Shown here one piece after another: positions 30,664 through 39,491 of a stretch of 52,829 bases of DNA. The stretch spans positions 1 through 52,829 of IMG/VR virus record IMGVR_UViG_3300048579_000117. One strand, given 5' to 3'. The notes beneath the pieces are model-generated. The model was not told the origin of the DNA and searched no databases. It saw nothing but the letters and a program-made list of their open reading frames with translations. Numbering within the stretch: the first letter of the stretch is position 1; the number at the start of each line of letters is the position of its first letter. The position numbers and the translations under genes are program-made. This DNA is from a virus.

Positions 30664-31943
30664 TGAGCGACTGGCTCAACCGCTGCCACTTCGGTGACTG
30701 CCGCGACACGATGCGCCGCATGATCGCGGACGGCGTGCGCGTGCAGTGCATCGTCACGTCGCCGCCTTACTGGGGGCTGCGCGACTACGGCGTCGTCGGG
30801 CAGATCGGGCTGGAGCCGACGCTGCCGGAGTTTCTGGCGCAGCTGGTCGAGGTGTTCGATCTCTGCCGCCAGCTGCTCACCGACGACGGCACGCTGTGGC
30901 TGAACATGGGCGACAGCTACGCGGGGTCGCGATGCGGCCCGGATAAATCAAGCCCGCTGCGGTCGTCGCGCGACAACATGACCGAGGCAATGCGCGCGAA
31001 GGCAGCTATGGTGGCCAGCCGCCGGCGCGACGACCACCCGATTCCCCGCAGCGATGTGCACGTTGCCGGGCTGAAACCAAAGGACTTGGTAGGTCAGCCG
31101 TGGCGCCTCGCCTTTGCGCTGCAGGGTTTTGCGGTGATTGACGGTGCTTCGATGGCGCAATGGGCAGACTGGCTTGCTGAAGCTCGCGTCGTTGGTGATT
31201 GGGAAATGGTTCAGATGGTCGAGGACCGGATTCGCGCAGAGTCGGCGCTGTCTGCCTTGCGCGACGCCGGCTGGTGGCTGCGCCAGGACATCATCTGGTC
31301 GAAGCCGAACCCGATGCCGGAATCGGTGCGCGACCGTTGCACGAAGGCTCACGAGTACCTGTTCCTGCTCAGCAAGTCTGAGCGCTACTTCTTCGACTTC
31401 GATGCGAACAAGGAATCCGCGGTCAGTGCAACTTGTGCCGTGCCTGCTGGATGGGATACCGGCGCAGGGGCACACCGGGATCTGAAAGGGCGATACAGCG
31501 GAACCGGTGTCGGATTCGGCCACGGCTACGACGCCAACCCGAAGCCGCGCAGCCGCCGTGACTCGTTCAAGCGCGAGGACAGCAAGCGCGAGCAGGCCAT
31601 CCCCGGCCAGTCCGTAGGGACGCATCGTCCTGAGCGCGCCGAAAGCGAGTGGGATGTGAGCCGGCGCAACCGCCGCAGCGTCTGGACCATCCCGACGCAG
31701 GCCTACAGCGGCGCGCACTTCGCCACCTTCCCCGAAGCGCTGGTCGAGCCGTGCGTGCTTGCCGGCAGCCGGCCGGGCGACATCGTTTTCGACCCGTTCT
31801 TCGGTACCGGCACCGTCGGCCGCGTTGCGCTGCGTTTCGGCCGCCAGTTCATCGGCTGCGAACTGAACCCCGACAACCTCGCCCTGCAGAACGACCGCCT
31901 ACGCGGCGTGACCGCAGGCCTACCCCTTGGAGCATGTGCATGA
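30663..31943 (+). CDS. Beta-class N6-adenine/N4-cytosine DNA methyltransferase
   Basis: Motif IV CIVTSPPYWGL precedes motif I VFDPFFGTGTVG (permuted beta order). 426 aa. Confidence 0.85.
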   Translation: MSDWLNRCHFGDCRDTMRRMIADGVRVQCIVTSPPYWGLRDYGVVGQIGLEPTLPEFLAQLVEVFDLCRQLLTDDGTLWLNMGDSYAGSRCGPDKSSPLRSSRDNMTEAMRAKAAMVASRRRDDHPIPRSDVHVAGLKPKDLVGQPWRLAFALQGFAVIDGASMAQWADWLAEARVVGDWEMVQMVEDRIRAESALSALRDAGWWLRQDIIWSKPNPMPESVRDRCTKAHEYLFLLSKSERYFFDFDANKESAVSATCAVPAGWDTGAGAHRDLKGRYSGTGVGFGHGYDANPKPRSRRDSFKREDSKREQAIPGQSVGTHRPERAESEWDVSRRNRRSVWTIPTQAYSGAHFATFPEALVEPCVLAGSRPGDIVFDPFFGTGTVGRVALRFGRQFIGCELNPDNLALQNDRLRGVTAGLPLGACA

Positions 31944-33316
31944 GCCTCCGCATCTACACCGGCGAATACCTCATTTCCCCCGCGCTGCTGCACTTCGGCG
32001 GCAACTGGTGCACGCACGGCTGCGCCTACTGCTTCGCGAACCTGAACAAGCCGGATCGGGTGTCGGAGCCCAACGACATCGCGCGCGTGCTGAAGTGGTT
32101 CGACACCGGGTCGACCGCCATGGAATACGAACTGCTGCGCATGGGTCACCCGATCCTGATGAGCAACGACAGCGACCCGTGCGCGAAGAGCAACGCGGCG
32201 ATTCATCGCTGCATCGTCGAGGCGCTGTCGCCGCTGGGCGTGCGCTTCGCGTACCAGACCCGTGGCGGGGTGCCGGAAGAGGAGCAGCGCATCATCGACC
32301 AGCCGCCGACCATGGTCTATGTGTCGCTCACCACCGACGACGAAAGGGTGCGCCAGCGGCATGAGCCCGGTGCACCGCCGCACGCGCAGCGCATGGACTT
32401 CATCCGGCGCCTGCGCCAGGCCGGCCACATGGTTGTGGTCGGGCTGAACCCCTTCGTACCCAAGTGGTGGGGCGACGTCGACGCCTGCTTCGAGCAGCTG
32501 GCGTCCTGGGGTGTGGCGCACGTGTGGCACCAGGCCATGCACCTGTCGCGCTGGCAGATCAGCGCGATGACGGACAAGGCGAAGGTCAAGCACGCGGACC
32601 TGATCGACTACGCCTCGAAGAAGGTGGCGCCCGACGCCAAGGACTACGCCGCCGCCATGGACCGCATCGAGGCCATGGGCTTCAACCTGTTCTCCGGCGG
32701 CGTCTCCAACAAGCTGGGCTTCTGGGATGAGTGGTTTGACCGCCTCGGCTACCCGTGGTCGCCCACGCTCGATGCGCTGGTGCGCGACTGCGACCTTGCT
32801 GCCGGTGGCCAGCCGCTGGCGATCGATCTGGCGGAGTTCAACGAATGGGCCGATATCGGCCTCACTCGCCCGCGTGCCATCTGGAAAGAGTTCCTGAACG
32901 GCTTCGGGCGCAGCGTGCGCAACACCGGTGAGGACACCCGCGCACACACGCAGGCCGAAGCGAACGCCTTCATCTGGCGCTTCGACGAGTTCCCCACGCG
33001 CTTCCGGCACGCCTGCTTCGCGCGCGTGCTGTACGACGATGCGCACGCCGCCGACCTGGACGGTGTGCCCCTCATGGCAGTGTCGAAAGACGGGTTCGCG
33101 GAATGGGAAGTGGGCCATTCCGATGTGACCTTCCTCAACCACCCACTGGAAAGGAAGTGCGATGGCCGAGAACCACTCTGCTCGACAGAAGAGCAGCGGC
33201 AAGTACAGCACGCGCAAGGGCCAGATGGTCCGCAAGCGCAGCGCCCCGTACTCGCCGAAGTACCGCGGCACCTAGTAGAAAGCGGGGCGGCTGATGTCGC
33301 CCCGCCGCAGGCCTGA
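31940..33316 (+). CDS. Radical SAM enzyme, SplB/COG1533-like (about 458 aa)
   Basis: CX3CX2C cluster motif in GGNWCTHGCAYCFANL near the N-terminus. SNDSDPC, FAYQTRGG and VYVSLTTDD...HEPGAPP...RMDFIRRL...GLNPFVP follow the SplB-type layout. ATGA start at 31940. The last 50 or so codons have low GC3. Confidence 0.7.
   Translation: MSLRIYTGEYLISPALLHFGGNWCTHGCAYCFANLNKPDRVSEPNDIARVLKWFDTGSTAMEYELLRMGHPILMSNDSDPCAKSNAAIHRCIVEALSPLGVRFAYQTRGGVPEEEQRIIDQPPTMVYVSLTTDDERVRQRHEPGAPPHAQRMDFIRRLRQAGHMVVVGLNPFVPKWWGDVDACFEQLASWGVAHVWHQAMHLSRWQISAMTDKAKVKHADLIDYASKKVAPDAKDYAAAMDRIEAMGFNLFSGGVSNKLGFWDEWFDRLGYPWSPTLDALVRDCDLAAGGQPLAIDLAEFNEWADIGLTRPRAIWKEFLNGFGRSVRNTGEDTRAHTQAEANAFIWRFDEFPTRFRHACFARVLYDDAHAADLDGVPLMAVSKDGFAEWEVGHSDVTFLNHPLERKCDGREPLCSTEEQRQVQHAQGPDGPQAQRPVLAEVPRHLVESGAADVAPPQA
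33162..33275 (+). CDS. Candidate small, very basic protein (37 aa) overlapping the radical SAM 3' end; not in the ORF track
   Basis: AAGGAAG RBS 5 nt before ATG 33162. MAENHSARQKSSGKYSTRKGQMVRKRSAPYSPKYRGT. GC3 is about 90% in this frame and clearly lower in the overlapping frame. Confidence 0.35.
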   Translation: MAENHSARQKSSGKYSTRKGQMVRKRSAPYSPKYRGT

Positions 33317-35331
33317 TGCAGGCAGCGCTCGTTACCCGCGAGGGCTTCGCAGACGCGCGGGCCGTGCTCCGGCGCGTCGCCGCGAAGTCGATCGCACCGC
33401 GTGAGAATCTGACCGTCAGCCAGTGGTCTGACGCGAAGATGCACCTCACGTCGAAGAGCGGCGCGAAGACCGGCCGTTGGGTCACGGACAACAATCCGCC
33501 CCTGCGCGAGCCCATGGACTGCATGAGCGCCCGCAGCAGCGTGCAGGACGTCGCGCTCATGTTCCCGATCCAGTTCGGGAAGTCGGCCGTCGCGACCAAC
33601 GTCATCGGCTACTGCATGGACCACGACCCCGGCCCGATCATGTACGCGCTGCCGGGCGAAGTGTCGATGACGAAGTGGATCAACCAGAAGTTGAATCCCA
33701 TGGTCGAGGCGTGCGACGCGGTGCGCGAGGCGCTGACCAGCGTGTCCAGCCGCGATTCGTCGAACACCCGCACGTTCAAAGACTTTCTCGGCGGGCAACT
33801 GTACGTCGAACACGCCGGCAGCCCGCTGCGGCTGAAGTCGACCAGCGTGTTCCGGCTCATCGTCGACGAGGTGGACGAGTTCGCCGCAAACCTCATCGGC
33901 GGCGGCGACCCCATGAAGATGCTGGAAGGGCGCACCTCCGCCTTTCCGATGAACTACAAGCGCCTGTACATCAGCACGCCCGAACTGCTCGGCGTCAGCC
34001 GCATCCACGGCCTGTTCATGAAGGGCGACCAACGGCGCTACCACGTGCCGTGCCCGCACTGCGGCGAAATGCAGCACCTCGAATGGAAGGGCCTGCACTG
34101 GTCGGACGGCGGCAAACGGGCCTGGTACGTATGCCGCGAGAACGGCTGCATCATCGAAGAGCACCACAAGCGGCAAATGATCGCCTTCGGCCGCTGGGTG
34201 GCGGAAAACCCCGGCGCCGAGATCCGCAGTTACCACATCAACTGCCTGTACTACCAGCCGGACCTTGGCCCCAGCTGGGCGAAGCTGGCTGAAGAGTGGA
34301 TCGACGCACAGACCGACCCGGAAAAGCTCAAGACCTTCGTCAATGACCGGCTGGCCGAGCCGTGGGAAGACCCGGCCATGCGCCGGGCCAAGTTCAACAT
34401 CATCAAGGACCGCGCCGAGCCCTACGCACTGCGCCGCGCGGTGGCCAGCGTGCTCGCCGTGACCGCGGGCGTCGACACGCAAGACAGTCGCCTCGCTGTC
34501 CACATCACCGGCTGGGGGCGCGGCATGGCCTCATGGACGCTCGATTACGTCGAACTGCCGGGCGACCCGGAAGCCGGCGAGGTGTGGAACAGCCTGGTCG
34601 AGTTGCTGAGCCGGCCCATCGAACACGAATGGGGCGGCGTGCTGCACGTGCTCGCCACGGCCATCGACGCCGGCGGCCACCGCACCGCTTCAGTGAAGGA
34701 CTTCGTACGCGCGCGGCGCATCACCCGCCCCATGTGCATCTTCGGCTCGACGCAGAACAACGCGCCGATGCTCGGCAAGGGCAAGCTCGAAGACGTGAAG
34801 GCCAGCGGAAAGACCGACCGCCGCGGCCTGCTGGTCTATCAGGTCGGCACCGTCGCCATCAAGCACCAACTGTACGCACGGCTTTCCACCGATCACGACA
34901 AGCAGGTCGCCGACCGGCTGGTGCACCTGAGCGACGACCTCGACGACTTCTACTTCAACGGCCTCGTGTCCGAGGTCTACAACCCGAAGAAGAACCGGTT
35001 CGAGAAGAAAACAGGCGTCCGCAACGAACCGCTGGACACCTACACCTACTCGTATGCCGCCGCGCTGCACCCGGAGTTGCGCCTGCATCGCCAAAACCGC
35101 GACGACTGGGACAAACGCGAGCGCGAACTGCGCGACATGGCCCGGCCCGGTGCCGTCCAGGCCGCGACCGAACGCCTGGCGGCCGCCGCGCGCAGCCGCG
35201 ATGAACAGGATGAGCCCGCGCCATCTCTCGACGGCCGTCGCGACCCGGTACCGATGCCCGCACCCCTGCCGCAGTCACGCTCGCGCGGCGACGACAGCGA
35301 CCTTTTCTCACCCATATCGATGATCGGCTGA
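33316..35331 (+). CDS. terL: Terminase large subunit (lambda GpA family)
   Basis: 671 aa. N-terminal NLTVSQWSDA...LREPMDCMS...VALMFPIQFGKSAV (P-loop-like) and overall GpA layout. Followed by gpW and a lambda-type portal. Confidence 0.9.
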   Translation: MQAALVTREGFADARAVLRRVAAKSIAPRENLTVSQWSDAKMHLTSKSGAKTGRWVTDNNPPLREPMDCMSARSSVQDVALMFPIQFGKSAVATNVIGYCMDHDPGPIMYALPGEVSMTKWINQKLNPMVEACDAVREALTSVSSRDSSNTRTFKDFLGGQLYVEHAGSPLRLKSTSVFRLIVDEVDEFAANLIGGGDPMKMLEGRTSAFPMNYKRLYISTPELLGVSRIHGLFMKGDQRRYHVPCPHCGEMQHLEWKGLHWSDGGKRAWYVCRENGCIIEEHHKRQMIAFGRWVAENPGAEIRSYHINCLYYQPDLGPSWAKLAEEWIDAQTDPEKLKTFVNDRLAEPWEDPAMRRAKFNIIKDRAEPYALRRAVASVLAVTAGVDTQDSRLAVHITGWGRGMASWTLDYVELPGDPEAGEVWNSLVELLSRPIEHEWGGVLHVLATAIDAGGHRTASVKDFVRARRITRPMCIFGSTQNNAPMLGKGKLEDVKASGKTDRRGLLVYQVGTVAIKHQLYARLSTDHDKQVADRLVHLSDDLDDFYFNGLVSEVYNPKKNRFEKKTGVRNEPLDTYTYSYAAALHPELRLHRQNRDDWDKRERELRDMARPGAVQAATERLAAAARSRDEQDEPAPSLDGRRDPVPMPAPLPQSRSRGDDSDLFSPISMIG

Positions 35332-35333
35332 CC

Positions 35334-35618
35334 ATGGCACGCGAAGAACTCCTCGACGTCATCCGCGAAGAACTTGCCGCACAGCATCGCCGGCTGAGCG
35401 TGCCCGACGACGTCACCACCGAAGTGTGGAAAGGGCTTGAATACCGGCTTCGCTTCCGCGCCGGCGGCAGCGAACTGAGCTACATCCGGCGCCGGCAGGA
35501 CACCTCAGCCCGCGACGCCGACATCCGGCGCCGCTTCAACGGCCGCAATGCCAATGAACTGGGGCGTGAGTACAACCTTTCCGCGCGCTACGTGCGGAAG
35601 ATCGCGAAGGGGAAGTGA
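35334..35618 (+). CDS. Mor/C-family transcriptional activator
   Basis: GGSELSYIRR ... IRRRFNGRNANELGREYNLSARYVRKIAKG aligns with Mu Mor GGGQVYIPR ... IWNDFNGRNVSELTTRYGVTFNTVYKAIRR. Confidence 0.75.
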   Translation: MAREELLDVIREELAAQHRRLSVPDDVTTEVWKGLEYRLRFRAGGSELSYIRRRQDTSARDADIRRRFNGRNANELGREYNLSARYVRKIAKGK

Positions 35619-35621
35619 GCC

Positions 35622-35987
35622 ATGGGCTTGGTCGGACATCGCAAGGGGATTTTCAAGTGGCGGTTGAATCGTGAGGCCTGGCGCATTCGCGTTCCGGACG
35701 AATGGATTGGCAGAGCGTATCGCTGTAACACCAAGCGCCCGCATGACCGGAAGGGTTTCAGCGCCTCTCTTTGCTGGCGTGATCGTGCCTGCATTCGCGG
35801 GGTGAACGATCAAGGGCGATGGCCGGATGGTCCGCCGGTGCTGATTCGCGGGCGCTGGTATGCGCGACGGAATGCTTCGCACTTCGCATGGCGGACGGCC
35901 CCCAGAAGGCGCCGTGCCCAGACAAGCCGCGAGCGCGCTGCGCGGTCGTTGGAGAAAAGGGCGCTGACCTGGGTGTGTCCGTTCTGA
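35622..35987 (+). CDS. Hypothetical Arg/Trp-rich protein (121 aa), atypical codon usage
   Basis: ORF with lower GC3 than its neighbours. TGATG coupling to the next ORF. No motif recognised. Confidence 0.4.
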   Translation: MGLVGHRKGIFKWRLNREAWRIRVPDEWIGRAYRCNTKRPHDRKGFSASLCWRDRACIRGVNDQGRWPDGPPVLIRGRWYARRNASHFAWRTAPRRRRAQTSRERAARSLEKRALTWVCPF

Positions 35988-36253
35988 TGACCACCAAACC
36001 AATGCGCGAAGCCATGCCCCAGTGCGCCGCCTGGGTCGACTCGCTGCGCGAGGTGTTTGGGCACGACTACATCACCGAGCAGATACGCACCGGCCTCGAA
36101 ACGGGCGCCTGCTGGTTCGCTGAGGGCGGGCAGTACATCGGCAGGCCCGGTCAGCCTGAACGAGACGCCACGCGCCGGGCCGACGAACACCATTTCACGC
36201 TCGACCAGATCGCTACCGGCGGGCGCGGTGTCCGGCCGCGGGCACGGAACTAA
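35987..36253 (+). CDS. Hypothetical protein (88 aa)
   Basis: ATG 35987 overlaps the upstream stop. The coding-like portion of track ORF 35819..36253. Confidence 0.55.
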   Translation: MTTKPMREAMPQCAAWVDSLREVFGHDYITEQIRTGLETGACWFAEGGQYIGRPGQPERDATRRADEHHFTLDQIATGGRGVRPRARN

Positions 36254-36307
36254 AAAAGTGAACTAGTTCCTGTAGAAAGGACCGCGCGCGATTGCGACGC
36301 TTGCAGC

Positions 36308-36556
36308 ATGGACCCGCTGCACACCCTGTCGCTCGATCGCCTGAACGCAATGCTCGCCGAAGCCATCGAGGCCCGGCACAACCTCGTCACCGGCCCGACC
36401 AGCGCCAGCGGCGAGGGTCGCAGCATTCAGTACGCGCAGCGCCTGACGGAAGCGGACGCCTACATCGAACGCCTGCATCAGGCGATCCGATCGAAGGAAA
36501 GCCCGCAGACCGCGGCGCGCGGCCCGATCTACCTGCAGTCGGGTGGCTGCTGGTGA
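36308..36556 (+). CDS. Head-tail joining protein gpW-like
   Basis: 82 aa. L..A..AL..L.TG......I.......Y.......L..YI..L and the C-terminal RGPIYL resemble lambda gpW. Lies directly before the portal gene. Confidence 0.7.
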   Translation: MDPLHTLSLDRLNAMLAEAIEARHNLVTGPTSASGEGRSIQYAQRLTEADAYIERLHQAIRSKESPQTAARGPIYLQSGGCW

Positions 36557-38130
36557 AGCGCGGTCGCCCGAACCTGAAGGCGTCCGGCCGTTCGGCGTCG
36601 ATGCACGCCGCGCACACCGGCGCATCGCGCACCGATATCGCGCTGTCGAACTGGATGCCTTTCCCCGGTAGCGCCGATTCCGATCTGCTGCCCGACCTGG
36701 AAATGCTCACCGCGCGTTCGCGCGACCTGGCCCGCAACAACGGCATCGCAGCGGGGGCCGGCCAGACCTTCAAGGACAACATCGTCGGGTCGGTGCTGCG
36801 TCTGGTCGCGGTGCCCGACTACCGCCTGCTCGGCTGGTCACCCGAGCAGGCGCGCGAGTGGGCGAACGAGACTGAGCCGCAGTTCCGCTCATGGGCAGAC
36901 ACCACCGACTGCGATGCGGCCGGCGAGCAGGATCTGCTGGGGCTCACGCTCTCCGCCCTGGGCGGTGCCTTCGGCAATGGCGATGCGCTGGCCCTGCCGC
37001 TGTGGCTGCCCGATCCGATGTCGCCGTGGTCGACGCGCCTCTCGCTGGTCGAGTCTGACCGCCTGTCGACGCCGCCCCAGCTTGAGCACCGCGAGGACAT
37101 CCGCGGTGGCATCGAACGCGACTTCTACGGCCGGCCCATGGCCTACCACATCCGCCGCCGTCACCCGGGCGATGCGATGGCGCGTGACCGCTTCACCGTC
37201 AGCGGGCTGAACGACTGGGACCGCATCCCGGCCACGACCGACTGGGGCCGCCGTCGCGTCATCCACCTGCACGACAAGGACCGCACCGGCCAGTCGCGCG
37301 GCAAGCCGCTCGTGTCGGCGGTGATGAAAGAGTTCCACATGGCCGGCAAGTACCAGGCCACGGAACTTGAGGCGGCTGTATCGAACGCGCTGGTCGCCGC
37401 TTTCCTTGAATCGAACCTTGATCAGGAATCGGCAAACGAGTTGTTTGGCACGAACCCGCGCGCCGCGTGGGGCGATTCGGTCAAGCAAGCCCAGAACCTG
37501 CGCCAGATGCGCGGCGCCGCGATCATCCCGCTGCCTGCCGGCGCGAAGATCACGCCCTTCTCGCCCGGCCGCCCGAACGCCGCGTTCGAGGCCTTCATGA
37601 TCGCGTCGCTGCGCCACATCGCAGCGGGCATGAACATCCCCTACGAACTGCTGCTGAAGGACTTCAGCAAGACCAATTACAGCAGTGCGCGCGCGGCGCT
37701 TCTCGAAGCGTGGCGCTACTTCATGGGTCGCCGTGCCTGGCTCATTCGCGTGTGGCTGCGCCCGGTCTACGAACTGTGGCTGGAAGAGGCCGTGAACGCC
37801 GGCCGCGTGCGCGCGCCCGACTTCTACGAAAAGCGCTACGCCTACTCGCGCTGCCGCTTCATCTTCTCCGGCCGCGGCTGGATCGACCCGGTGAAGGAAG
37901 CCGAGGCCGCTGGTATCCGCATGCGGCTGGGTATCTCGACGCTCGAAGCCGAGTGCGCTGAACAGGGGCTGGACTGGGAAGAGGTGCTTGAGCAGCAGGC
38001 CGCCGAGCGCGAAGTGAAGCGGCGTCTTGGCCTGCCGCTCGACGTGCCCACCACCTCCGGCGCCCCGGCGCAGCCGCCAAGCCAGCGCGACCCCCAACAG
38101 CAGGATGAGCGCGAGGAAGAAACCGCATGA
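36553..38130 (+). CDS. Portal protein (lambda gpB family)
   Basis: GTG 36553 overlaps the gpW stop (GTGA). LTARSRDLARNNGIAAGA..., FYGRPMAYHI and SAVMKEF... are typical of lambda-type portals. The upstream part of the track ORF overlaps gpW. Confidence 0.85.
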   Translation: MKRGRPNLKASGRSASMHAAHTGASRTDIALSNWMPFPGSADSDLLPDLEMLTARSRDLARNNGIAAGAGQTFKDNIVGSVLRLVAVPDYRLLGWSPEQAREWANETEPQFRSWADTTDCDAAGEQDLLGLTLSALGGAFGNGDALALPLWLPDPMSPWSTRLSLVESDRLSTPPQLEHREDIRGGIERDFYGRPMAYHIRRRHPGDAMARDRFTVSGLNDWDRIPATTDWGRRRVIHLHDKDRTGQSRGKPLVSAVMKEFHMAGKYQATELEAAVSNALVAAFLESNLDQESANELFGTNPRAAWGDSVKQAQNLRQMRGAAIIPLPAGAKITPFSPGRPNAAFEAFMIASLRHIAAGMNIPYELLLKDFSKTNYSSARAALLEAWRYFMGRRAWLIRVWLRPVYELWLEEAVNAGRVRAPDFYEKRYAYSRCRFIFSGRGWIDPVKEAEAAGIRMRLGISTLEAECAEQGLDWEEVLEQQAAEREVKRRLGLPLDVPTTSGAPAQPPSQRDPQQQDEREEETA

Positions 38131-39452
38131 AGACCTATCCCCATCTGGCCGGCCGGCTGTTCAACACGCCGCTGCTGGTACATGCCCAGGCACTGGACGC
38201 GCTGATCGCTGGCATCGGCCCGCGCCTGCTCGGCCTGTCGGACGACGTGCTGGCACAGGTGCTTTCGTCCGGTAGCGCTGACCCGGAAATGTTCTCGACC
38301 CGCCGCGGTGAGCGCGTGAAAGAAGCCGGCTGGCCCGGCTATGCCGTGGTCGACGGCGTGGCGGTGGTCGCGGCCGGCGGCGCGCTGGTGCATCGGACCA
38401 AGCTCGATGCCGACTGCACCCTGCTGCTGGGCTACAACGATCTGGCCATGGCGACCGAGCACGCCATGCAGAACCCCGACGTCCACGCCGTGCTGCAGGT
38501 CTACGACAGCCCGGGCGGCGAGGTGCAGGGCGCGTTCGAGTACGCGCAGCGCATGTTCGATCTGCGCGGCAAGAAGCCGCTCATCGCCATGGCCGACGGC
38601 ATGGCGGCCAGTGCGGCCTACCTGGGTGCGTCGGCCGCCGACGAAGTCGTGGTCAGCCGCACCGGTTACGCCGGTTCCATCGGTGTCGTGATGCGGCATA
38701 TGGAGTTCTCGCGCCTGCTTGCGAACGAGGGCATCAAGGTCACGCACATCTTCGCGGGCGCCCACAAGGTCGACGGAAACCAGTTCGAGGTGCTGCCCGC
38801 CACGGTGCAGGCTGAACTGCAGGCCGAGGTCGACGACCTCTACAGCCAGTTCGTGGGCGCCGTGTTGCAGCACCGCCCGCGCATGACCGACGAAGGCATC
38901 CGCAAAACCGAAGCGCGCGTCTTCCGTGGCGTCGCCGCCGTGGCCGCCGGCCTGGCCGACCGGGTCGCCACCACCGATCAATTGATTTCCGAGTTGGCGG
39001 CACGCCGCCCGACTCGTTCCTACGGGCAGCCCGCCCGAGCCACCGCCGAGCAGAAAGGAGACACCACCATGTCCGGCACCCAAGCACAGGCGGGTTCGCA
39101 AGCGCCCGCCGCCACCTTCACCCAGGCCGATCTGGACGCCGCACACGCCCGTGGCCGAGAAGAAGGTGCGAAGGCGGAGCGCGAACGCGCCTCCGCCATC
39201 CTCGCGCACGACGAGGCCAAGGACCGCGGCGCGCTCGCGCTGCAGTGCGTCACCACCGGCCTGTCTGTCGAGCAGTCCGCCGCGATTCTCGCGGCCGCTC
39301 CGAAGGTTGCGCCCGCTGCCGCAGCCAACGGCTTCGCCGCAGCCATGGCCGGCGTCCATAACCCGGACGTGCGGGCGGGCGAAAGCAAGGGCACCGAAAG
39401 CGACCCCAAGGCCATCGCTTCCATGTGGGAGCAGGCGCACGGCACGGCCTGA
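38127..39452 (+). CDS. Head maturation protease (S49/SppA-like, lambda gpC-like) with C-terminal scaffold region
   Basis: VLQVYDSPGGEV, ADGMAASAAYLGASAADEVV and GSIGVV fit the ClpP/S49 fold. ATGA coupled to the portal gene. Confidence 0.85.
   Translation: MKTYPHLAGRLFNTPLLVHAQALDALIAGIGPRLLGLSDDVLAQVLSSGSADPEMFSTRRGERVKEAGWPGYAVVDGVAVVAAGGALVHRTKLDADCTLLLGYNDLAMATEHAMQNPDVHAVLQVYDSPGGEVQGAFEYAQRMFDLRGKKPLIAMADGMAASAAYLGASAADEVVVSRTGYAGSIGVVMRHMEFSRLLANEGIKVTHIFAGAHKVDGNQFEVLPATVQAELQAEVDDLYSQFVGAVLQHRPRMTDEGIRKTEARVFRGVAAVAAGLADRVATTDQLISELAARRPTRSYGQPARATAEQKGDTTMSGTQAQAGSQAPAATFTQADLDAAHARGREEGAKAERERASAILAHDEAKDRGALALQCVTTGLSVEQSAAILAAAPKVAPAAAANGFAAAMAGVHNPDVRAGESKGTESDPKAIASMWEQAHGTA
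39069..39452 (+). CDS. Candidate nested in-frame scaffolding protein (Nu3-like, 127 aa)
   Basis: Strong internal RBS AAAGGAGA 8 nt before the in-frame ATG 39069. The downstream region is Ala-rich and helical. Confidence 0.45.
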   Translation: MSGTQAQAGSQAPAATFTQADLDAAHARGREEGAKAERERASAILAHDEAKDRGALALQCVTTGLSVEQSAAILAAAPKVAPAAAANGFAAAMAGVHNPDVRAGESKGTESDPKAIASMWEQAHGTA

Positions 39453-39491
39453 CAGCCGGCCTGCATATCCACCTGAACCGGAGACGAAACC

